Of a stretch of DNA of 64,000 nt, positions 1 to 12,859 are shown piece after piece; position 1 is the first letter of the stretch, and each line of letters begins with the position of its first letter. The position numbers and the translations under genes are program-made. Under the pieces are notes generated by a model. That model was given only the letters and a program-made list of their open reading frames with translations. It did no database searches and was not told where the DNA came from. The stretch is taken from contig CM035358.1 in the NCBI GenBank assembly GCA_020137815.1, forward strand, positions 7,936,001 through 8,000,000, written 5' to 3'. The DNA is from Hormiphora californensis. Its lineage: Eukaryota > Animalia > Ctenophora.

Positions 1-717
1 CACAACAGTTTCCGTGTGAACTGGGCGATTAGAGGTAGTAGAACACAGGCTGCAGGTTCAAGGAGAGAGAAATATAAAAACAGACGGAGCTTGTTGATAT
101 GCGGCTTCTCCTAATTTGGCTACTGTATATTCATGCATATCTTTGCTACAATACACCTTAGCAGCTAATACTACTGTCATCAGTTTCCTAGGACACCTAA
201 AGGGTTTATTCCTAGCTGCGTGTGTGTGTAGGATCTATCCAGCTGCTGGTACCTATCTCCCTATCTCCCTATTATAGTTCTACTGATTCTACATACCCTT
301 CACTCAAGCTGTCAGGCGGAGCTACCCGATCTGAGGGAACTGTCTTTAAAACAGCTAAAAAGAACTTCCCGGGACCTTCCATTTTGGCACTGTTCTAATG
401 ACGATGTATTGGAATGATAGAGTTTGAGATATTGGTTGAGTCGGCGTGTAGTATTATATGAGCACGGATTGTGGGATTGATTTGTATGAATGGCCACAGT
501 ATAATTAAGACGGATTGCACCGCTTTTGTCTCCGCAACTTCTTTCTTTCTATCTCCTCTCTTCTCCTATTTTCTATCTCCTCTCCCTCTCACCCGTTCTT
601 ATATTTTCGTGATCGTGACTTTATGCAAAAGATAGAACTAAGAAGAGAGGGGGAAGAGAGAGTTAATGAAAGTACCTCATGTAACAACTAAGAAGAGTGG
701 TATGAAATGCCCCCCCC

Positions 718-770
718 CCCAAAGATCACGGAGATTACCTGGGTATTAGGTAATCTCCGTGATCTTTGGG
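718..770. repeat. Perfect inverted repeat / hairpin (23-bp stem, 7-nt loop)
   Basis: cccaaagatcacggagattacct-gggtatt-aggtaatctccgtgatctttggg read directly. Confidence 0.85.
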
Positions 771-1097
771 AACACTTCATACCTGTATCTAGCTATCCAG
801 TATACGGCTGAAAAAAAGAAAGAAACAACGCGAAGCACGTGTGGGCACGTGCAAAAGACAATGAGTACGGAGCACGGACACAGTGCAAGCGACTCAATGA
901 GTGAAGTGAAGTGAGACATAGTATGAAGATGGATACGGTATAAACTGCAGGGATATTCGGTACTTTTTTCTAACAAAATCGCCGTGTTATTTTCTACAAG
1001 TCTACAACTTTTATTGACGCCGGAAGGAGCTATCATTTCTACAGACTAGTAATACATGGTAAAAGAGGAGATATTCATTAGAAATGAGATTAATTAG

Positions 1098-1140
1098 GAG
1101 GGGGACATTTTATTGTTCGGAACAATAAAATGTCCCCCTC
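1098..1140. repeat. Near-perfect palindrome (21-bp arms, 1-nt centre)
   Basis: gagggggacattttattgttc-g-gaacaataaaatgtccccctc. Confidence 0.85.
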
Positions 1141-1743
1141 AATGTTCTCTGCAGAGATTTATAGGGAGGGACTTTACGATCATTATCATCATGTGGTCAA
1201 AAGATACACTCAGACAAACCGCACATGTATTGCACATGATAGCCAATGTATACCAATTATAGACATTCTCTGACCCCCCTCTCCCAGCTCTGGAGTAAGA
1301 GTACAAACGGCTGTATGATCATTAAGGCTGTCACAGATCTGATCACACATTCACAGTGCTGACAATTCGTTTCACGTTCTATCGCCCTGGGAAATCCACC
1401 GAGCTTGTTTGGTTTTAGATAAAGTATGTGCTACACAGATCAGTCCGTAGCACTTCCCTTGAAAGACGCAGCTATTATACAATGTATTGCTCTCCCTCAC
1501 TTACACACACAGGTCCTGGACCTTGTATTGGAAAGGAATGAGGCATTGCATACATCTCTCTCTCTCTCCCTTCTCTCCCTTCTCTCTCTCACTATTTTTC
1601 TCTCTCTCTTTCTCTCCCTTCTCTCCCTTCTCTCTCTTTCTCTCTATCATCATATATGATCGCACAATGTACGACTTTAATTGGGTACCCTGTACTAACA
1701 CCGATTACAGAACATCATTGCTAACCAGTTGCCTAGTTGAGAT

Positions 1744-1824
<81 letters not shown>

Positions 1825-3027
1825 TATGGCCTAGAGAGAGAGACAGTAGACACCTGAACAGGATAGAATGCAGACTGGAGATTACTAACTAACTAACATT
1901 CAGCTAGGCAACTCATATTGTATTCTGGCTCTTCCTAAACATTGTACCAACCCATGTTCCAAACGACCAAACGTCACACTGTGTGTTTTTCTGTCACACT
2001 GTCTGTCACACTGTGTGTTTTTTCTGTCACACTATCTGTCACACAGTCTGTCACACTGTTTGTCTGTGTGTCTGTCACACTATGTGTCTGTGAAGGTGCA
2101 TGGAGCGGCCAAAAAACATGCACACATTAGAATTGTGACGTTTTAGTAAGAACAGTGCCCCCTGCTCAGTAGTCTAGAGCATTCCATAGAAATTCTCCAC
2201 TCAATGATCATATTGTAGACTGTGATGTTTTAGGAAAAAAATAATACTACCGCCTGGGCCAAAAAAGTCATGGCACGCCGAGCCTCAGCGCGATCAGTAG
2301 TAAATGACCAAGTCACCTCTACACAGGCAGACGCACGAATCGCATCAGACGAGGTGATATCAAGATTTGTAGAAATATTTGTTGCTCTAATTCTATGAAA
2401 GTTACCCCATAGTAACCCCATAGCAACCCCATAGCAACCCCCTAGTAACGGCCCATGGTTACTCACGTGAGCTTTGACGACCTCCATGGCCCGGTCTTGT
2501 TGGATTATAAGGGCCGTAGTGGCGGTGTACGGCTGGGATCTCAAATAGCTTGAAACACGTCAACTATAGATATCCTAGTACAGCTGCACGTCAACTATAT
2601 TATCAGTGGGACATGATGCTACAATGGAAGAGGGTTAGTTCAGATAATTTATACAGGTGCGATTAGGGAACGTTTATAAGGGCTACAGAGGCAATTATAG
2701 TCGGAATACGTCTAGTTGCTGGGAGAGAGGGGGCAGCTGTAGTAGCGGCCAGGTGCATTTATAATTTGAATAATGCATAATAAAGGCGGGAGTTTTAGGT
2801 ACATAATACCGTCTCTTTTATAACTATCTCTCCTTTACCAATTGTTATACTAGCTCTTAACTCACTTTAAACTGTATATTAGACACAGCTATAGACACTG
2901 AGAGCAGGTCTTTAGACATAGGCTGGGCGGACCGTTAATTGCTTTACTTGGCCAATATAGCGGGGGGAGAGAGAGGAGAGAGAGAGAAAGAGAGAGATAG
3001 AGAGGGGGGAGAGAGAGAAGGAGAAAA

Positions 3028-3069
<42 letters not shown>

Positions 3070-3364
3070 ACAGAGAGAGAGAGAGAGAGATAGGGATAGA
3101 AAGAAACAACAAATGCCATGTCACTTATGCCATTACATAGTTAGAACAAGTTTAGTGACACAGTGTGATATGCGCCATGACATTATGAGAGACAAGGATT
3201 TTAGGATTGAAGGAGATAGGGTGAGAGCGATACTTCAAGCAGATAGACAGTGAAAGAAAATGTGCAGTCCGCCTGGCCTCCGTTTTGGCAAACCTAGTAA
3301 GTTTCCAAAAAGTGAGTGAAAGAAATTGAGTAAAAAGCAAGAGAGATTGAAAGAATGAGTATTA

Positions 3365-3993
3365 TATAGTACATAACTCCCTCCCGCGCGGGCATCTATT
3401 CAATAGACGCACTGCAGAGCAGTGCGTCTATTGAGCTGTAATGCACGGGTCCCGAAGGGACCCGTGCGTTACAGCCCTGTAAATCCCGAGCGTCAGCGAG
3501 GGGTTTACAGGTATATCTGCACGTAAGGGAGGGAGTTGTGTTCTATAGACCCCGCTGGCGGGCACCTAGAAGCAAAAACAAGCACAAATTAGGTGGTTGA
3601 CACAGAGAGAGCTCACACAAAACGGGTCAAACAGTTAGAAATGAAGCTACAGAGTGCCTCTCTACATTCCTACACACTCGTAACAATCGTTGTAACAGTT
3701 TCAAAGCGTGGAATGCAGAGAGAGATTACAGTTAATTGTGGGTCATGAGCAACAGTTGCAACAGACTGGCGGGCGCCAAATCTAGTCAGAGAGCGTTGTA
3801 GGTTGTACACACACTCCCTCTTGAGCTACCAAGTCATTTTATCGCGTTTCCAGTGATTCTTTGTGATCTTTACACAAATCTGTCAGAGGGCGTGCGTCTA
3901 TCGAGACACAAACTCACGGCAGTGCACGGCCCAATAGACCAGTGCAAATTGTTTGAGCGCGCCGTGCGTCTATTTGAGCCGGCGGGGTCTATA
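3365..3993. mobile_element. Highly structured non-coding element (multi-hairpin module plus inverted repeat), probably a non-autonomous DNA element
   Basis: Three adjacent hairpins (3400-3434, 3435-3475, 3476-3511) are enclosed by a 21-bp outer stem (3365-3385/3527-3547). A further inverted pair, tatagaccccgc(t)ggc at ~3544 and gccggcggggtctata at ~3977-3993, follows. Confidence 0.5.
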
Positions 3994-4159
3994 TGAACGG
4001 ATAGAGTGAAAGAAAGGTAGATTGGAAGCAGTAGAAAGTGGTGTAAACTGGCTTAAGGAAGACACACAGTACCAATCACAGTTAGATTATAGGTATTTGA
4101 CACACACACTATTGGAGTTGTGCTGTTGACAGTATACACAATATTGTACACATGTAAAC

Positions 4160-5227
4160 GTGCTAACTGAAATACCACAAACTGATACCATGTTTACTGT
4201 GAGATTGGAAGAAGTAGAGTCGGTAGACAACTGTATTGGTATTGGTGAGCAAGATACTCTCATACCTCGTTGGAACCTCTTATACCTAGACTCTAGAGGT
4301 CCTCTATCAATAGACGTTGCAACACGATTTAGAATCGGTAAACAACAAAGCCTGATTTTTAAGAATGTGAAAGGTACAATATAAACTTGACGAGACATGT
4401 GCATGGGCCGGGTGGAACCAATGAAACCCATGAACATGTGGCTCGTGTTGGGTCTCGACCTTGATAATTTAGGGAACCACTGCAAAGTGTTCTAAACATA
4501 CCTAACTCTACAGATAGATGATTAACAGAGATTTGATAAACTTGAAAAGTGCTGGGAGCTTGCCAGACATTTAGAGGAATTCCAAAAAGTTCCAAGCTGG
4601 TGTCTGTGATTTGCAGGAGGATGGAGTCTGCAGGGGTAACAAAGTTTATCGTGTGATTGTATAACAGTTGTGAGATAAGAATGATGAACAAGCTGGAGTG
4701 AGAAGGAGATGGAGAGAGAGATGGATGGATAATGGTACCCACTATGGTCGTAGAAGAGTTTGCCACAATTTGCTGTCTGCACAAAGTTAGACAGTTCCGT
4801 AGCAATGTTGTGTGCAACTTTCTTGCAACAATGCACATGCAACTGATACCCTGTGATATCTTCATCTTGTTTTTTCATCCTACATGACTCCCTAATCCCT
4901 AATCCCCACAACTAAACTCAAACTAAACCCCACTCCTCGCTCCCTAACTCCCCCCCCCCCATTTTCAGGACGATATTCTAAAGGCTGATGAAGTGCTGAC
5001 AGAAGAAGGGATGTACTTTTCCAGTTACAGCATTGAAGAACCAGTAACTGAGAATGATAAGAAGAGATACAAAGCTTTCTTGGAGAAACAACACACAACG
5101 AGAACTAATAGTCAGTTCTTTTGAAACACACAGATATAATAGTAGTAACTACACCGCTGTATTTGAAAGAGCTGTGAAGAAATATCTTAGAGATCCTGAC
5201 ATACTAAAAGATCAGAAATGGGGCTAA
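4160..5227 (+). pseudogene. Degenerate or error-laden protein-coding fragments of unknown family
   Basis: Acceptor ttttcag at 4968 is followed by DDILKADEVLTEEGMYFSS... An extra T near 5120 breaks the frame; correcting it gives ...RAVKKYLRDPDILKDQKWG-stop at 5227. The upstream ORF 4160-4384 is also protein-like. No family recognised. Confidence 0.3.
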
Positions 5228-5357
5228 ACTAGCCTACTAGACTAGTGGAGAATTATAGTTGTTGTTGGGGGTTCGGGCACAGAGAGACTATGACTGGGAT
5301 AGTAGTAATGAATGTGAATCATTGTCACACATTATTTATAGCCACTAGACATAGAAG

Positions 5358-5466
5358 TAGGAACGACCGCATGTAAGTTAACAACCAATCAGAACCCGTT
5401 ATTAGGTCAACGTGACTGGTTATCAGCCAATCAGGGACCAGTAATTCCTTATTCGGTCGGTTCCTG
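5358..5466. mobile_element. Short hAT-like MITE
   Basis: Termini (t)aggaacgaccg ... cggtcggttcctg, flanked by catagaag/catagtag (8-bp TSD, 1 mismatch). The internal aaccaatcagaac...cagccaatcagggaccag resembles an abundant Pleurobrachia repeat (recalled, not searched). Confidence 0.6.
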
Positions 5467-5717
5467 CATAGTAGTAGAGAACAGATCATTATATTTGCAT
5501 TTATTTTCCAATTTTTTCATTTGTTTTTGTTTCTAAGAGCTTACTCTGTTACTATTTTCAGCAAAGTTTCATTTTCAGTTTCCAAGTTATTACTGCCTGA
5601 CTGCTATTCCATCCATCCACAAGTCTCTCATATCATATGTTTTACAACAAGACACACACAAACCACCACACAACCACATCCCAACACAAAACCAACCCCC
5701 CCACCCCCCCCCCCCCC

Positions 5718-5755
<38 letters not shown>

Positions 5756-6146
5756 ACGAAAAAAAAACTTCTAAGAATTTTAACAGCAATATAATATGTC
5801 GAATATAATACACTATACAGCTTAAATATATACAGATCCGTGCACGTGTCTTGATAGGTGGAAACAAATAAACTGAGAGCACGTGAAAAATGCAGTTTTT
5901 ATAAACAGAAAACAAGGCCCTCTATCGCTGTATACAGTACATGTACCATACAATATCATTATCATATCACTGTCTATCTTCTACACCATCTGAAATAGTC
6001 TTAGCAAAGTCTGAATGATTGTGCTGGCCAGTGGAGTATGAGAAACCGCTGCCAAAACCATTGTATGTTTCAAACCGGTCCAACTGAAGCTGACTCAGTA
6101 GAAGCTGACCTAAGTGCATTGCGTGAACAGGTTGCTATGTTCTAAC

Positions 6147-7184
6147 CTAACGCGAACGCCCGAAACACATTCTAGCCAGGCAAGACTCAGGAAATATCGC
6201 GATGTTTTTTCTCCGGAGTGTTCTGATCTCTTGTGTAAATGCGAGATAGAGCAGTCCGTTGAGGAGTGAGGCTGTGGTTGGCCAGAAATTGAACGCCAGA
6301 TACATCCCCATGACTTTAGTAGTTAAAGCATTCATTTTCTCTTCAGTTTCCACGGTCTGCAGGGTGCTGGCTGATTGTAATATCGAATTGGTGTAGATAA
6401 TGATACCCATCGACACGGCGCTGTTGAAGTTAAGCAGGGTAATCTTTATTGTCCCCATCAGAGAGCGCTTCTGGCCACCCACTGGGTTTCTGTAGAGCCA
6501 CACCAAGTACACAAGAGTTAAAACAGACGAGGCCATACCGAGGAAGTTGATGGCTGCGACTGAAGCGAGCAAGACTTAGATATGGTGTATGATCCCCTCC
6601 TTTCAATAAGGGGAAATCAATTCCCAAATTGACTGGCTTGATTGTGTAAGGCCAGCTCTGATTGAATAGATAGGTCATGTAAAGGGGAGTGAAGAGAACA
6701 GAAAGCAGTGTTACCACCAGGATGTATTTCAAGCGGAGGTGTGCAAAAGGCCATCGAATTTGGACAAATCGAACCGTAGCGAAAATGGCGGTTACCATGA
6801 TTGGGCATTTTGTAAAGCCCAGACCACTCCCGATACCGACAGGTCAAAAGAACTGGGTGTACGCTTTTTAGAATAAAGCAAATAGTTGTCCCCGCACAGC
6901 ACACTAGAAACATTATATTCCAGATAGGACTCCATGTCTCTCCAACATTCAGGGTCCTTGTCCGCCCACAGCTGGGACAGTGCTACCGGACACAGGACCA
7001 GGCTGGATAGTACATCCACGCATGCAAGGATTATGTAGAGAACCTGAGAAATAGAATGCTTTTTGTAGAAGTTGTGCCGGATTACCATCGCGTTTAAAGG
7101 GGCAGATATCAGCCCCAAGACAGCCAGAATCTGCAACAACCCAAAGTCAGGAAACGTCGTTTTTCCTTCGCTTAAAACTGCCAT
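6147..7184 (-). pseudogene. Single-exon rhodopsin-like (class A) 7TM GPCR with two frameshifts (pseudogene or assembly error)
   Basis: ORFs 6792-7184, 6430-6798 and 6147-6572 join into one 7TM protein: TM1 LISAPLNAMVI, TM2 LYIILACVDVL, TM3 AIFATVRFVQIRWP (DRY position), TM7 LLNGLLYLAF plus helix-8-like QEIR. Confidence 0.75.
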
Positions 7185-7261
7185 TATTATCTGAGGGATT
7201 TTTTTGATTTTTTGATTGATTCTTTGATTGATTGGATAAATGTAAAATGAAATAAAGAGTA

Positions 7262-7410
7262 GACAGTTGGGTGATCGGATAACTGTTTATTAGCCTCATG
7301 TTTGATAGTCAGAGTTTTTATTATTCTCTCTGCGGCTGAACAAATGAACCAGACGGGTATAATAATGTCGCAACAAGTTTCGAGGATCTACCTCTTCATC
7401 GGGCTACAAC
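7262..7410 (-). mobile_element. Penelope-like element 3' end / pLTR fragment (related subfamily)
   Basis: Same terminus gacagttgggtgatcggataactgt and same cgaggatctacctcttcatcggg motif as the element at 9395, with divergent flanking sequence. Confidence 0.8.
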
Positions 7411-7747
7411 AACATAGTGTTAGATGCTGACAGCAACTTATATAAGGACGTCAACTTGGACAAGGATGCAGTAACTCTTCTATAATATCGCGTCCTCCAA
7501 GCAAATATATATCATCGTAATGATGCAGTTTACGTTAAACGGTCCAAGACAGGGTTAAGACCTTAGGTTACTATATGCAGACCACTAAGTCACGGATAGA
7601 CACGCTCGAAACATCTATACTAAATCACTAACATGTGGATACCGGAAGGGAAAAGAGGCAAGAGTGATCGCCGAACCTGGTATAGAGAGAGACAGCTCAG
7701 CGCGAGCGCGTAGCAGAGAGCGAAGAGCAAGAGAAGAGAGAGTAGAC

Positions 7748-7782
<35 letters not shown>

Positions 7783-8588
7783 CGAGAAGGAGATGCGAGG
7801 AGAGAGAGAGAGAAGAGAGAGCGCGAGAGAGAGAGAGAGAGAGAGATAGAAGCAGAGCGAGAGAGAGAGATAGACCTAGCCTAGCTGCTCCTAGCACAGA
7901 GACTGCGAAGAGATCTGGATCGATTCTCTATCTCCTACTCGCTCTCTCTCTTACTCATCTCTCTCTCTCTCTCTCTCTCTCTCTTCTTCTTTTTTTTAAC
8001 AACATGTGGACGTTAACTCTCCTTAAAATTTCCCAGTCATAACAGAAGCATGTTGTATAAGGCAGCTATGTCCGTGACTATACTTTGGGTGGTGGTTCAA
8101 ACGACCTGCTCGGAAAGTCTAAACGAGACAAAGTTAAAGCTCTCTGAAGTTATATAATTATTCCAAAACGTACGTTTCAACCGAGTTATACTGCGGTCAG
8201 GAATCTGCGGTTTTTTAGCCTAGGCTATTATTATATCATAAAGTCAGGACATAAGACTAATCTAAAACCCTAAATCTGCGTGTTGTACCCAATACACCAA
8301 CCTGGATAGAAAAATGAAGTGCCCTCGAATCAAGATGGGATGTTGGTTTATTTAAATTGCGTATTTGACCCTAATCGTGGGAAACACTTCCTGAGCACAG
8401 TACTAGTCATGAGAAATATGCTATAATAGTTATATACGGTCCGACCAAAAGTGTTCAATGAGAGAATTTTATGTATTAAAATTGGATGGGAAAAATCGTA
8501 AATTTTCCTCACGTTTTTGCCTTGGTGATGCCATCCCCTCTTATGTTATAACATCACCAACTCTAATCCCACTTGCACAACTATATAG

Positions 8589-8696
8589 CTCGTTATGATG
8601 AATGGTGTAGCAGCTCTTCATGAAACAGATGAACTACTTGATGTCGATGATCTGGATTCAATTAAAGAATTCGTTATCCCCAGGCTTATAAACAAG
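8589..8696 (+). CDS. Putative internal exon of an unidentified gene; may splice to 18723-18769 across the array
   Basis: tag|...|gtgaga boundaries and a 108-nt open frame LVMMNGVAALHETDELLDVDDLDSIKEFVIPRLINK. A possible signal-peptide exon lies at ~8050 (MLYKAAMSVTILWVVVQTTCS). Confidence 0.35.
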
Positions 8697-9835
8697 GTGA
8701 GAATTGTTACCACCCCCCCCCCCCTCCTACCCCCAGTTATTCGGAAATATGTACAAGAAAGTTTTTTAACCGATTTGTGTCCTACCTAATTACTACGCCA
8801 GTTATTCGGGGCCTGGCAAGGCCCCCCGACCCGAATATAACCCAAACTCAACCCATCCCCCCTAAAACATCCCCCCTAAAACTAAAACAACGGGGCCGAG
8901 CCGACAGGCCCTTAATACCAGATGAAAAAAAAACCATAACCATCATACTATTATTAAAGCAAATAGGGAAATGATGTGTCCCGTTTTTTTAACCAAATAT
9001 GGCAAATAGTGTTCCTATTTCCTGGAAATGGCCTTTTGCACGTGTTGTCCCTAGAGGGACCCTGGCAACCTGCCAGCTTGAGCCTTAAACTGCACGTGCA
9101 TCCTTGATTCATCTCTCTGCCGGTTGTGTGATTGATCGTTTGATCGATTTGATCTGTTCACCACGTTTCGTGAACATGACTACTCAACTTCAACACAATC
9201 GCCAGCGAGTTTGGAGGAGCCATATGTCGCAAACTGGCGCTGACCCCTATAGACTACGTGATAGAATCCTACAAAAGAGGTGATTATTATTCAAAAAATG
9301 TTGTCAACACACGTAATAACAAAGTATCAATGGCACTAATAAGAAATGACAGTAATACGTGAAAGTATTTTGCAAATGTGCTCCTTCATAAAATGACAGT
9401 TGGGTGATCGGATAACTGTTTATTAGCCTCATGTTTGATATTCAGAGTTTTTGTTATTCTCTCTGTGGCTGGACAAATGAATCAGACGGGTATAATGACG
9501 CTACCAGTTTCGAGGATCTACCTCTTCATCGGGCTACAAAAATAAATAGTGTTAATTATAAATATATAGTAAAAACTAAAATCACACACGTCAATCAACA
9601 TAAAATTATAAATCAGCACTTTAATAATAAACTAAACACTGTACAGAGGAGCAAGTCTCATATGAACAGTACAGAGTGAACTGAAGTTACCGTTACAATA
9701 CAGCAGGTGAGATGAAGTGATAAACAAATAGGGCGTGCATGAGGTGATACACAAGGACTATCACAAATTAATACAAACTATTACGCACACAAACACACGA
9801 ACCCACTGGACAACAACAACAACAGCAACTAAATA

Positions 9836-12418
9836 TTAAATTAAATATCTCGTAAGTTCGGAACATTCCTCTTTATTGTTCATACCAGGTCTCAGTTTCT
9901 GTATATACATGGCCTCTAAAATTTTCCTCTTTAAAATGTTTCTCTCGGTGGTTAATATCTTAAAACTGAGTTTAGGGGGTGTGTTTTTATGACGTGATGT
10001 GTAATGAATGGCTAGAGGGGTATCAATGTAGCTCGGCGCATTAGGATTGTTAGCATTGCGGGAATGTTCTGACAATCTGTCGTGTACCGACCTACAAGAC
10101 TCTCCCACATAGATTTCACCACACAATAAACATGTTATCTGGTACACTGGTGACATGGTGTTACACGAGCCCTTCTCGAGTCTTTCACAAATATTACAAT
10201 TTTTCGCAAGACACTCTAGATTGTCGTGAGGACGTGAGCTACATAGCATGTCTCTCAAGCGGGTGCCTGGGGTGAAGACTAAATCGATTGGCAGAGCTCT
10301 GGCGGTGATAAACTTACGTATTTCACCACTCACAGTTTCAGAAACATACGGTAATTTCAACATCACATTGTTATTACCCTTTGTCAACCTACCCCGGGTT
10401 CTCTGTTCTCCAAATTGTCTGGGGTGTTTCATACCCATTAGCTAAAAGAAGTCTGTCAGTAATGGCTAAGGACTGTTCCAATAATTCCGGGTTAGATGAT
10501 GAGATCTCTGCAGTTCTGTAGAAGTTGCGTACTGTCTGCACTTTCGTTTCCAGAGGATGGTGAGACCGGAAGTGCAGGGTGATGTCCTTTCTCGTACCTT
10601 TTCGATAGAACTTAGATTCCAGCTTATCATCAGTAATTCGAATCTCAGTGCCAAGGAATGGTTGTAAATTCTCCGTCCTCAGGAAAATCCACCTCCCATT
10701 TTAACAATTCTCTCGGATCTTGTCGGGCAATGTTATTGAAAAGAGAGATGGCGGTTTCCCTGTTATCTGCGAGCGTCCAGGCATCATCAATGTACCGGCC
10801 CGTACAATGATAAAGAGATGAATTTCACGTCGGTATAGATGGTTGCCCTCTCAAATTTGTAAACTCGAATAACTGCAGCAATAGGACTTGGTCGACAGCC
10901 CATAAACAAACCAACCAACTGTTTGTATACTCTACCACAGTAAGTGAAGTAGGAGTTAGTTAGCACCAATTCCAGGATCTGGTGCACGTCACAGAGATGC
11001 AACTCACGGAGATTCAGGAGCTCTCTATTCTCAGCAGCAAAGTCAATGACATCCTTCACACAATCCTCGATCACAAGATTGGTGTATAGAGCTGAAATGT
11101 CTGCTGAGCAGAAGTGCTTACCCTTCAGCTGTTCTGGTGGGAGTTCAGCTAACTGTTTGAGGTGCGTGTGTATGTTGCTCAGATGACTGGGGATCAGATT
11201 CAGGAGGGGACTCAGGATCTGGGTTACCAGAGCAGCCAATTTCTCCGAGGGGGATCCGACACATGACACAATTGGCCGCACCTTCCCTTGCTCTAAGATG
11301 TCTGTTGGAGAGCATAGGGAGTCAGCATTGAACTTATGGGTCTTTACGAGAACATACATACATGGCAGACGAGTGTTGGTCGTCTTTAGTGCCTTGTACA
11401 TTTGATCCCCAAAGCCTCTCGACACACAGATATCTCCCCACAGGTGATTGCATTCGTTTTCAAGGTGGGAAACATACCAAGAGATCTGATTTTGGTATGT
11501 AGTCTGGGTTGGTCGACGTACATCCACCCACTCTCCCTTCAATTTTCTAGTGGGGTGTATGATTTGATACACACCTGAGTTAGTATCTAAATGAGTCTGT
11601 GTCAATTGTTGTTGCAGGTTGCGATCTGTTACCACGAACTCACCACCCTTATCACTAACCGAGATATGTATGTCATGGAGACGGGATTTGAGAGATTTCA
11701 GACCAGCTGCTTCCTGGTGTGAGAGATTGAACTGGATCTTGGTGTGTTCCAGTTGCACGTGGATTTTCTTCTGCAGCTGTCGAAGGTTCTCCTCCATCTC
11801 AGTACTAGCTGGTGGGGGTGGGTTGATGAACCTCCTGTTGGTAGGTATCTTGTCCTGTCTCCATACCTGCAGCCGTGTGGGCACTGTGTCCCGTTCGAGG
11901 GAAGACTGTTGCCACCTGAGTCGGTAGGCACAAGCCGCGAGTTCTGCGTTGACCTCTGATATGAATCTGTCTCCCACAGTAGGGGTCAATGCAAAGTTGG
12001 GACCTAACTCAAGAACCGCTTTTTCTTGGGGCGACAAAACGGTCAAAAGGTTTGTCACACGCTCCTCTGGGACACTTTCAGGTTTCATGGACGGAGGGGA
12101 AACAAGATGTTGTGGTGTAGGAGTTGTAGGTTCGGGCGGGACCGGGCGTTGTCGGGTACGCTGCAACTCAAATTTCCCCTTAAGTTTCCTCTTAATCTCA
12201 CTCTTCATCCTCTCATTATTTTCCTCAAAGACAGACTGGACAAAATAATATACTGAACTGGAACAATAACTGGACAGTCTCTGTCTGGATTCAATGATTC
12301 GATGCTTCTCCTGACTGATTAGATTGAAGTGATTGGCGATAGCGATACGGAGGGCCTGCAGCTTAATCGCACCTAGCATGCGAGTAACACAATGGGGGGT
12401 TCCGGATGGGAACAGCAA
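9836..12418 (-). pseudogene. Penelope-like RT plus C-terminal GIY-YIG endonuclease polyprotein, with three +1 frameshifts
   Basis: RT motifs SDKGGEFVV, KTHK, RPIVS, SADISALYTN, QLVGLFMGCRPSP, and (after frameshift) YGRYIDDA, HFRSHHP. Cys linker CLAKNCNIC. Endonuclease VYQITCLLCGEIYVGES...RLSEH...KILEAMYI...MN. Confidence 0.93.
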
Positions 12419-12824
12419 CGCCGAGGAGAAGTGAATATGTATGAGGCCATGTATATACAGAAACTGAGACCTGGTATGAACAATAAAGAGGAATGTTCCG
12501 AACTTACGAGATATTTAATTTAATATTTAGTTGCTGTTGTTGTTGTTGTCCAGTGGGTTCGTGTGTTTGTGTGCGTAATAGTTTGTATTAATTTGTGATA
12601 GTCCTTGTGTATCACCTCATGCACGCCCTATTTGTTTATCACTTCATCTCACCTGCTGTATTGTAACGGTAACTTCAGTTCACTCTGTACTGTTCATATG
12701 AGACTTGCTCCTCTGTACAGTGTTTAGTTTATTATTAAAGTGCTGATTTATAATTTTATGTTGATTGACGTGTGTGATTTTAGTTTTTACTATATATTTA
12801 TAATTAACACTATTTATTTTTGTA

Positions 12825-12859
12825 GCCCGATGAAGAGGTAGATCCTCGAAACTGGTAGC
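12825..12859 (+). ncRNA. Minimal hammerhead-ribozyme-like motif in the pLTR (copies on the minus strand at 9500-9534 and ~7370-7404)
   Basis: gc-CCGATGA-a-gagg-tagat-cctc-GAAA-c-tg-g-TA-gc: core with U4 replaced by C, 4-bp stem II and a tiny near-palindromic stem III, as is typical of PLE pLTR hammerheads. Confidence 0.55.

Noticed and set aside
780-1050. Possible short Helitron ending in CTAG|T at ~1049
   Set aside because: The subterminal hairpin is weak and the 5' end is ambiguous; no second copy in the window.
10440-10790. Possible selenocysteine UGA readthrough in the Penelope ORF (as described for some Naiad elements)
   Set aside because: The interruptions are +1 frameshifts, not in-frame UGA at Cys positions; the linker and endonuclease Cys codons are ordinary.
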